DNA from: Exiguobacterium phage vB_EauM-23
Length of the DNA: 32,000 nucleotides
Sequence record: MH844558.1
Reading direction: 5' to 3' (one strand)
Shown: positions 26,564 to 32,000 of the stretch, piece after piece
Position numbering within the stretch: the first letter of the stretch is position 1
Layout: the number at the start of each line of letters is the position of its first letter
The notes under the pieces: generated by a model
Databases searched by the model: none
The model's input: only the letters and a program-made list of their open reading frames with translations
Told to the model about the DNA's origin: nothing
Program-made: the position numbers and the translations under genes

Positions 26564-26700
26564 AAGAGTTCATGTTTACTAGCGAAGGGTCAATCTGGGC
26601 ATACAAGCCCGTCATCGAGACGGACCCGGAGAAGATTGCAGAGGCGGAACAAAAGTTTCAAGCGCTTTTAGACAAATTGGAGGAGAAAGTTTATGCGTGA
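26560..26700 (+). CDS. 46-aa hypothetical protein (below track cutoff)
   Basis: ATGA overlap; MKEFMFTSEGSIWAYKPVIETDPEKIAEAEQKFQALLDKLEEKVYA*; RBS GAGGGGGGAG. Confidence 0.65.
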   Translation: MKEFMFTSEGSIWAYKPVIETDPEKIAEAEQKFQALLDKLEEKVYA

Positions 26701-27067
26701 GATTAAGTTTAGATACTACTTCAAGTGTAAAACATTGGGTTACATTCACCGTGTTGAATACAATTTGAGTCAAATCGAAGAACGTCCTACGAAAAAATTG
26801 AGCGTTTTATTCGACGAAGAAGACTATGAGTTTCTAGGTCGTTGCCAGTTCACGGGTTTATATGCCGCTAAGTTTTGTAAGGGTACGGAAATCTATGAGG
26901 GGGACATTATCAAAGCACATCACGACTTTGGACCGGGTGGGATGCACGAACGTATTGCACAAGTTCACTTTGACAATAGACGTGGTTACCAATGGGAGTA
27001 TTGGGATTTAGATACAATTGCAGTCGTCGGCAACATCTACGAAACCCCGGAACTTTTGGACAAATAA
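26693..27067 (+). CDS. YopX-family phage protein
   Basis: MREIKFRYYFKCKTLGYIHRVEYNL...LGRCQFTGLYAAKFCKGTEIYEGDIIKAHHDF...VVGNIYETPELL. Confidence 0.88.
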   Translation: MREIKFRYYFKCKTLGYIHRVEYNLSQIEERPTKKLSVLFDEEDYEFLGRCQFTGLYAAKFCKGTEIYEGDIIKAHHDFGPGGMHERIAQVHFDNRRGYQWEYWDLDTIAVVGNIYETPELLDK

Positions 27068-27070
27068 AAA

Positions 27071-27118
27071 GACCGCCTAATTAAAGGCGGTCCTCTTAAT
27101 CAGTCCTCGTTCGAGGAC
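27071..27118. promoter_or_regulatory. Tandem hairpins (bidirectional terminator plus second stem) between yopX-like and antirepressor genes
   Basis: GACCGCCT(27071-27078)/AGGCGGTC(27085-27092), then GTCCTC(27103-27108)/GAGGAC(27113-27118). A T-tract (TTTTTATTTG) lies on the minus-strand side. Confidence 0.65.
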
Positions 27119-27195
27119 GATCTGCCGTTACAACCATCGTACCATAAACCACAGCAAACAATATACTACCAAACACATCAGGAGGCTATCATATC

Positions 27196-27903
27196 ATGAA
27201 TCAACTGACAAAGGTATTCGGGAAACATAAAGTTCGTATCGTCGGGACAGAAGACAATCCGCTTTTCGTTCTGAGAGACGTTTGCGACGTGTTGTTCATC
27301 AAACATACACAACCTGTCGTCCAACGAATCGGAGGGGATGTATTTTCAAAATACACCATCCAGACAGCGAGCGGGATGCAAGAGATGACAGTCGTCGACG
27401 AAGATGGACTATACGATATCATCCTCGACAGCCGAAAGCCGGAGGCGAAGCGTTTTAGGAAATGGATCACGAGTGAAGTGCTTCCGTCCATCCGTCGAGA
27501 TGGCGGTTATATCGCCGCGACTTCGGAGGAGACGCCAGAGGAAATCATGGCCCGTGCGCTGATTGTCGCCAAGTCAACAATCGATCGCATCAAGGCGGAA
27601 AAGGAACGTGTCGAAGCAGAGAAACAAGCGTTGTTGCATAGCGGGAAGCTGTACACGTCCACCGAGCTCGCGAAAGAACTGGGTCTCAGATCGGCGAACG
27701 AACTGAATCGGTTGCTCGAAGAGAAGAAGGTTCAATACAAGGTCAATGGGACATGGGTGCTCACGGCCCGATATGCCGACAAAGAGTACACGAGCATCAA
27801 ACAGATCGTCCTCGACAACGGTCGGACGGTCTATGATCGCAAATGGACGGGCGCCGGACGCGACTTCCTTATCAACAAGTTCGGGAAGGGTGGTGTCGTC
27901 TGA
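27196..27903 (+). CDS. Phage antirepressor (BRO-N + KilAC/ANT domains)
   Basis: HKVRIVGTEDNPLFVLRDVCDVLFIKHTQPVVQRI...KWITSEVLPSIRRDGGYIA...GKLYTSTELAKELGLRSANELNRLLEEKKVQYKVNGTWVLTARYADKEYTS. Confidence 0.92.
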   Translation: MNQLTKVFGKHKVRIVGTEDNPLFVLRDVCDVLFIKHTQPVVQRIGGDVFSKYTIQTASGMQEMTVVDEDGLYDIILDSRKPEAKRFRKWITSEVLPSIRRDGGYIAATSEETPEEIMARALIVAKSTIDRIKAEKERVEAEKQALLHSGKLYTSTELAKELGLRSANELNRLLEEKKVQYKVNGTWVLTARYADKEYTSIKQIVLDNGRTVYDRKWTGAGRDFLINKFGKGGVV

Positions 27904-28139
27904 TGCCGCTCCAACCAAAATACAATGGACGCACCACCATCACGGGCTACCGAGGTTCCCAGGACCTCGAGGAGCGTGTGAACCGGTGCAAAGAACGAGG
28001 GTATGAAGAAGTCGCACGTCACGAGTTCACGACGGTCGAGAAGCAATTTACGAAGCGCCGCGTCTTCCAATCTACTTATGAGAATCAGAAAGTGACGGTC
28101 GTGATGCGTAAAATCGAAGGGGAGGAACAACAACTATGA
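27903..28139 (+). CDS. 78-aa hypothetical protein coupled to the Mom-like gene
   Basis: TGATG overlap with the antirepressor and 4-nt overlap with the next gene; MPLQPKYNGRTTITGYRGSQDLEERVNRCKERGYEEVARHEF.... Confidence 0.7.
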   Translation: MPLQPKYNGRTTITGYRGSQDLEERVNRCKERGYEEVARHEFTTVEKQFTKRRVFQSTYENQKVTVVMRKIEGEEQQL

Positions 28140-28777
28140 AAAACTACAAGGTTAAAGAAATAACTTATCAAGATACAAAGGATTTCATCCTTAACAAACA
28201 TTACGCTCAACGTATGCCTTCGGTTTCGTGGGCTTTCGGTCTATTTCATCACGATAAACTCGTCGGTGTCCTGACTATTGGTAAACCGGCTAGTCGTCCG
28301 TTATGTATTGGCATTTTAGGTGTCGAACACGCCGACAAGGTATACGAACTGAATCGATTAATTACAGAAGACGACCTTGAACAGAACGCGCTATCGTTCT
28401 TTGTAGGTAGATCGTTGAGAAAGTTGAAAGGCGAAGACTTGGTGATCGTATCGTTTGCTGACGAAGGCGTCGGCCATTATGGATATATCTATCAAGCTAC
28501 AAACTTTATATACACTGGTCGCGCGAAGGAGCGGACGGACAATTATATGCCAGGTAACAAACATCCTAGGCATTACGACGAGACGTATGCGCATCTGAGA
28601 AAATTGAGGACAGCAAAACATCGTTATGTGTTTTTTACAAAAAATAAGAGATTAGCAGAGAAAATGAATTATCCGGTCCTGCCATATCCAAAAGGTGAAA
28701 ACAGAAAATACGAACTAGGTACAAGGATGCAAGTCATGGTACTGAATCAAAACACTGGCGAAGTATTTGCAGAATGA
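28136..28777 (+). CDS. Mom-like DNA (adenine) modification protein, GNAT-type fold
   Basis: FILNKHYAQRMPSVSWAFGLFHHDKLVGVLTIGKPASRPLCIGILGVEHADKVYELNRLI...SFADEGVGHYGYIYQATNFIYTGRAKERTDNYMPGNKHPRHYD; matches the pattern of phage Mom-family proteins. Confidence 0.8.
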   Translation: MKNYKVKEITYQDTKDFILNKHYAQRMPSVSWAFGLFHHDKLVGVLTIGKPASRPLCIGILGVEHADKVYELNRLITEDDLEQNALSFFVGRSLRKLKGEDLVIVSFADEGVGHYGYIYQATNFIYTGRAKERTDNYMPGNKHPRHYDETYAHLRKLRTAKHRYVFFTKNKRLAEKMNYPVLPYPKGENRKYELGTRMQVMVLNQNTGEVFAE

Positions 28778-28790
28778 AAGGGGCATCACG

Positions 28791-29012
28791 ATGACGATAC
28801 ACGCGACAGACCTAGAGTTTGTGACAGAGGCAGTGAAGGCATTCGAGGAAAATCCTAGATGGGAGACATATCGGAACAAGGAGAACACTCTCATTGCTCT
28901 AAGGGATGGCCGAAACCGGGACGAGCTAGTTGTTTATCGTCTTGGTGAAGAGGTGGGTGAGTTTGTTGGCATGATGAGACCTGGACCAGAACTAATTATT
29001 AAGCATTTTTAA
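28791..29012 (+). CDS. 73-aa hypothetical protein
   Basis: ATG 28791 after GAAAGGGG (track start 28767); MTIHATDLEFVTEAVKAFEENPRWETYRNKENTLIALRDG. Confidence 0.62.
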   Translation: MTIHATDLEFVTEAVKAFEENPRWETYRNKENTLIALRDGRNRDELVVYRLGEEVGEFVGMMRPGPELIIKHF

Positions 29013-29037
29013 AAATTGAAGAGGAGGAGATGAACCA

Positions 29038-29283
29038 ATGAACGCAGCCCAAACAATCAACGAATACACAACATTTCTCCAGGCGTCACAAAAAGAATAT
29101 GAGTCGAAGGGGATGGGTACGAACTTCCGTCGCATGGCCGACGAGGGCGTCACCTATTTCATGCAAGTGACGAACGGCATCCGGCTCGACAGGATCGTGC
29201 AGAACGAGGTCGTGGAGACCCTATACCCATCTATGCACGAGGCGGTCTTGACGCTATCGACCGGCGGATGGGAGCGTGTCTGA
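29038..29283 (+). CDS. Hypothetical protein
   Basis: 81 aa; RBS GAGGAGGAGATG upstream; compact operon position. Confidence 0.6.
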   Translation: MNAAQTINEYTTFLQASQKEYESKGMGTNFRRMADEGVTYFMQVTNGIRLDRIVQNEVVETLYPSMHEAVLTLSTGGWERV

Positions 29284-30019
29284 AATGAGGGAACGCACTT
29301 GGAAAGCATGGACCATGAAGGACATCGCCATGCTCAGAGAGTTGTCCGAACAGGGGAAGAGCAACAAGGAGATCGCCGAGATAATGGATCGAAGTGTCAA
29401 ATCGATCGTGGGAAGGAAAGGGCTCGCGAAAATTGCGAAGCCTAACGACTGGACCAAAGAAGAGGAAGCTATGCTCAGGGAGATGGTCGAACAAGGCATG
29501 ACCGTCCGGCACATGGCGTCACAGATCGGTCGGTCGTTCGTAGCGGTCCGAGAGAAAAAGAGCCGACTGGGTTTAAGGTTGTCGAAACCTCATTCCAATC
29601 GGCTGAAACAGGAAAAACGGATCAGCTTCTCCAAAGAAGAATACAAGGATATGCGTGAGGACTACGAAGACCGCACGGCTTATCGTATGACCTGTAAGCA
29701 GATCGCGAAGAAGTACAACCTGAGCGACCAAGTGCTCAGACGGATCGCGAGGAAACGGGGATGGACGCGGAAACGGGCCGGGAACTTCAGCTCCGACATC
29801 GAGTTCGCGCCGTTGTTCAAAGCGTATTACGAGGACTGCTTGAGCGTGTACGCCATGAAAAAACGGTTCCAGTGTTCGGAACGGAAGATTTATAGCTCTC
29901 TCGAATCGCACGGGCTTGAAAAGCTGTCGAAAGAAGAACGGATCAAGATTCGTGATGAGTTCAGCGACCGCGATGGTGTGCCAAAAACTAAACGACTGTC
30001 GAAGGAGACAAGCAAATGA
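29276..30019 (+). CDS. Multi-HTH/SANT-like DNA-binding protein, candidate regulator
   Basis: GTG start (ATG 29285 alternative). Two similar segments: WTMKDIAMLRELSEQGKSNKEIAEIMDRSVKSIVGRKGLAK and WTKEEEAMLREMVEQGMTVRHMASQIGRSFVAVREKKSRLGL. Confidence 0.72.
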   Translation: MSEMRERTWKAWTMKDIAMLRELSEQGKSNKEIAEIMDRSVKSIVGRKGLAKIAKPNDWTKEEEAMLREMVEQGMTVRHMASQIGRSFVAVREKKSRLGLRLSKPHSNRLKQEKRISFSKEEYKDMREDYEDRTAYRMTCKQIAKKYNLSDQVLRRIARKRGWTRKRAGNFSSDIEFAPLFKAYYEDCLSVYAMKKRFQCSERKIYSSLESHGLEKLSKEERIKIRDEFSDRDGVPKTKRLSKETSK

Positions 30020-30549
30020 AGAACGGAAGAAACAAAGGTTCGGCATACGAACGGCATATCGCGAAAAAATTAGGCGCATGGTGGGGCGAGAAGTTCCAGC
30101 GTACTCCGGCAAGCGGCGGGCTCGACTGGGGAAAGGATAACCGTGTATGCGGCGACATCGTCACGCCACCGGGTAGCGAGTTCCCGTTCACGGTCGAATG
30201 CAAGAAACGCGAGAACTGGACGATGGACTCGCTTTTCAAAGGGAGCAAGGAAGTCGAGAAGTGGTGGGCGCAAGTTAACAAAGATTGTGAAAGAAGCGGA
30301 CTACTCCCGATGCTCGTGTTCTCACGCAACCTACAACCCGATTACGTCTGTCTCGCGGCGGATGACTATGTCTCCCTATTCTACTGGGACACGCCGAACC
30401 GCGAGGCGTTGGATCGAATCCACGTCCGTTTGAACGGGGAGGAGGTCATCATCGTGAGTCTCGACGCGTTTATGGAGATGGCGCATCCCGCGACGATCGC
30501 TGGTGCCGCTTTAGATGTCCTTGCAGACAAAAAAACGAACGTCTCGTGA
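30016..30549 (+). CDS. PD-(D/E)XK nuclease, Holliday-junction-resolvase-like
   Basis: GSAYERHIAKKLGAWWGEKFQRTPASGGLDWGKDNRVCGDIVTPPGSEFPFTVECKKRENW: catalytic pattern GD...(E)CKK. Confidence 0.78.
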   Translation: MKNGRNKGSAYERHIAKKLGAWWGEKFQRTPASGGLDWGKDNRVCGDIVTPPGSEFPFTVECKKRENWTMDSLFKGSKEVEKWWAQVNKDCERSGLLPMLVFSRNLQPDYVCLAADDYVSLFYWDTPNREALDRIHVRLNGEEVIIVSLDAFMEMAHPATIAGAALDVLADKKTNVS

Positions 30550-30564
30550 ATACGAGGCGTTTTT
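30541..30564 (+). terminator. Terminator overlapping the stop codon of the nuclease gene
   Basis: GTCTCGT(30541-30547)-GAAT-ACGAGGC(30552-30558)-GTTTTTA; 7-bp stem with one G-U. Confidence 0.6.
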
Positions 30565-30593
30565 ATCTATTGACCTGATTCAAAAAAACAACC

Positions 30594-30622
30594 TTGCACA
30601 ACTAACGGATTCGTTATATATT
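30594..30622 (+). promoter_or_regulatory. Candidate sigma-A promoter
   Basis: TTGCAC (30594-30599), 17-bp spacer, TATATT (30617-30622). Confidence 0.55.
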
Positions 30623-30660
30623 TAACTCAGGAAGTAACCACAACCAAGGAGGAAATGAAG

Positions 30661-30936
30661 ATGAACATTCAAACGGCAAGCAAGGAAGCGTTGAAAGCGG
30701 AAGCGCATCGTCAAGCGTTGATCAAAGCGGTATGCGGCGAATTGGATTACAAGCATCCGACGGTCGAAGCCAAGCGCGAGTATCTGGGGTCACGATTCAC
30801 GTTCTCCGGTCTCTTCGCTGACAAGGTGGACGAGGATCAACTGCTCATCGATTACCGTATGCTAAGAGCGGAAGAAGAAGCGGAACTCAATTTTAGCGGG
30901 TGGATGATCGAAGCCGGACGGGAGGAAGAACTATGA
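30661..30936 (+). CDS. Hypothetical protein
   Basis: ATG 30661 has correct spacing to AAGGAGG; 91 aa; MNIQTASKEALKAEAHRQALIKAVCGELDYKHPTVEAKREYLG. Confidence 0.65.
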   Translation: MNIQTASKEALKAEAHRQALIKAVCGELDYKHPTVEAKREYLGSRFTFSGLFADKVDEDQLLIDYRMLRAEEEAELNFSGWMIEAGREEEL

Positions 30937-31151
30937 ATCTCGGGGATAAGGTCGAGAAGTACCTCGGACACTGGCGCGACATCATCATCAACGATGCGAC
31001 GCTCCTGTTCGACGAGGAAGACTTGAAAGACAAGATCGACGACGTCCTCGTCCGCATGATCGAGATCACGTTCGAGCAACAAGGGGATGTCGGAGATTGG
31101 TCGGACTTGGTCGAAGAGGCTTGTCGCGACAGTGAGGTGAAAGAGCTTTGA
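30933..31151 (+). CDS. Hypothetical protein
   Basis: ATGA overlap with upstream ORF; MNLGDKVEKYLGHWRDIIINDATLLFDEEDLKDKIDDVLVRMIEITFEQQGD. Confidence 0.65.
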   Translation: MNLGDKVEKYLGHWRDIIINDATLLFDEEDLKDKIDDVLVRMIEITFEQQGDVGDWSDLVEEACRDSEVKEL

Positions 31152-31345
31152 AGCGTTACACGTTGAAAGAGGCGGCGGATGTCTGGGGGGTCAAAGAAAC
31201 GACACTCCGGCAACGTCTCTACCAAGACAAACGGAACGGCCGCGAGATGAAAGGCGCTCGCAAGTACGGCGGGACGTGGATCGTCACCGAGAAATATATG
31301 AATAGTCGAGAGTGGAGGAATCAGAATCATGAAAATGGCATTTGA
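31148..31345 (+). CDS. Helix-turn-helix (excisionase/MerR-like) small protein
   Basis: TTG start; MKRYTLKEAADVWGVKETTLRQRLYQDKRNGREMKGARKYGGTWIVTEKYMNSREW. Confidence 0.75.
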   Translation: MKRYTLKEAADVWGVKETTLRQRLYQDKRNGREMKGARKYGGTWIVTEKYMNSREWRNQNHENGI

Positions 31346-31529
31346 AATCGTATCGTTCACAGCAGTCATCATGTTATTCGCGTTTTGCTTCGTGGCGTTG
31401 TTCGCCCATCAATGGTGGATGGTGCTCGTCGGCGGTCTGGGGTTGGGATTGTTGCTCCTGATGGAATATGCGCGCGACAGACGCAGCGCAAGACGTCGCC
31501 GTGAGTATTGGAATGGTACAGGTCTATGA
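31329..31529 (+). CDS. Small membrane protein
   Basis: Two hydrophobic segments IVSFTAVIMLFAFCFVALFA and WWMVLVGGLGLGLLLLMEYA, then basic tail. Confidence 0.6.
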   Translation: MKMAFEIVSFTAVIMLFAFCFVALFAHQWWMVLVGGLGLGLLLLMEYARDRRSARRRREYWNGTGL

Positions 31530-31645
31530 TGACGTACACGCTCGCAGGAGTCGCCTCAGTGCTTCTCATTTCCGGTTCGTGGGTGGTCGGATTGTTGTGG
31601 GTCGTGTCAGAGTCAGAGAAGCACATTAGGAGGCTAGAAGAATGA
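31526..31645 (+). CDS. 39-aa single-TM peptide (below track cutoff)
   Basis: MMTYTLAGVASVLLISGSWVVGLLWVVSESEKHIRRLEE*; overlaps both neighbours by four nt. Confidence 0.5.
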   Translation: MMTYTLAGVASVLLISGSWVVGLLWVVSESEKHIRRLEE

Positions 31646-31740
31646 TCGAGACAGAGACGGGTTGGGCCATCATGTGCATCGTGATCTGTCTGGGGATCAT
31701 CGTCGCAGACTGGCAGCAGAAAAGGAGGGCGAAGGGATGA
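31642..31740 (+). CDS. 32-aa single-TM peptide (below track cutoff)
   Basis: MIETETGWAIMCIVICLGIIVADWQQKRRAKG*; RBS GGAGGC; ATGA overlaps on both sides. Confidence 0.5.
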   Translation: MIETETGWAIMCIVICLGIIVADWQQKRRAKG

Positions 31741-32000
31741 CAAGCAAGGAACAGTTGAAACATATTGACAACTACTTAGCTGAACTCAGAAACATCCGCG
31801 ATAAAGCGATTTTGGATAAGGATAAAGACCTTGACATTGCCGAGATGCCACTGAGCGAAAGGGAGTTGTTCATGCTTGGAGTCATCGACTTTTTAGAGAA
31901 ACGATTAGATGACACCGCAACTTTACAAGATTTATTGGTCATTGGTTTTGAAGCGAAACTCAAACGAGAAATTGAAAGAGGCGATCATCGTGAAGAATAG
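31737..32000 (+). CDS. Hypothetical protein
   Basis: 87 aa; ATG after AAAAGGAGGGCGAAGGG; ends at the window edge with TAG. Confidence 0.65.
   Translation: MTSKEQLKHIDNYLAELRNIRDKAILDKDKDLDIAEMPLSERELFMLGVIDFLEKRLDDTATLQDLLVIGFEAKLKREIERGDHREE

Noticed and set aside
29573-30112. 179-aa minus-strand ORF opposite the SANT/HTH protein
   Set aside because: Antisense shadow of a real gene with no RBS or family resemblance; all supported genes are on the + strand.
1-32000. CRISPR array, tRNA genes, integrase or IS elements
   Set aside because: No regularly spaced direct repeats, tRNA-like cloverleaf with conserved T-arm, tyrosine/serine recombinase motifs or transposase ORFs were recognised by reading; a tRNAscan/ISfinder run would settle this.

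Overview
All confident genes in this 32 kb window lie on the + strand. It reads as most of a contractile-tailed (PBSX/myovirus-like) phage or prophage of a Bacillota host. Order: 3' end of a group I intron-like element with an HNH ORF, directly before an apparent TerL C-terminal exon; portal; MuF-like minor head protein; scaffold; major capsid; head-tail connectors; sheath; tube; tail chaperone(s); tape measure; LysM protein; baseplate (plug, hub, spike, gp25-like, J, distal protein); tail fibre/receptor-binding genes; XhlA-like protein, amidase and holin. A ~660 bp largely non-coding junction follows, then early genes: XRE regulator, YqaJ-like exonuclease, HNH, RecT, DnaD-like and DnaC-like replication proteins, YopX, antirepressor, Mom-like DNA-modification protein, SANT/HTH protein, PD-(D/E)XK nuclease and many tiny overlapping ORFs. 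No integrase, divergent repressor, tRNA or CRISPR array was recognised. The observations most worth following up are: (1) a probable group I intron with a double zinc-finger HNH gene in terL; (2) a GGGAAAG heptamer at the end of the tail chaperone ORF, where the downstream coding frame would need -2/+1 rather than the usual -1; (3) a Mom-like adenine hypermodification gene translationally coupled to an unknown 78-aa ORF; (4) overlapping hairpins that could form alternative structures in the antirepressor leader; (5) short unlisted ORFs. All family assignments come from reading the translations. No database search was run.
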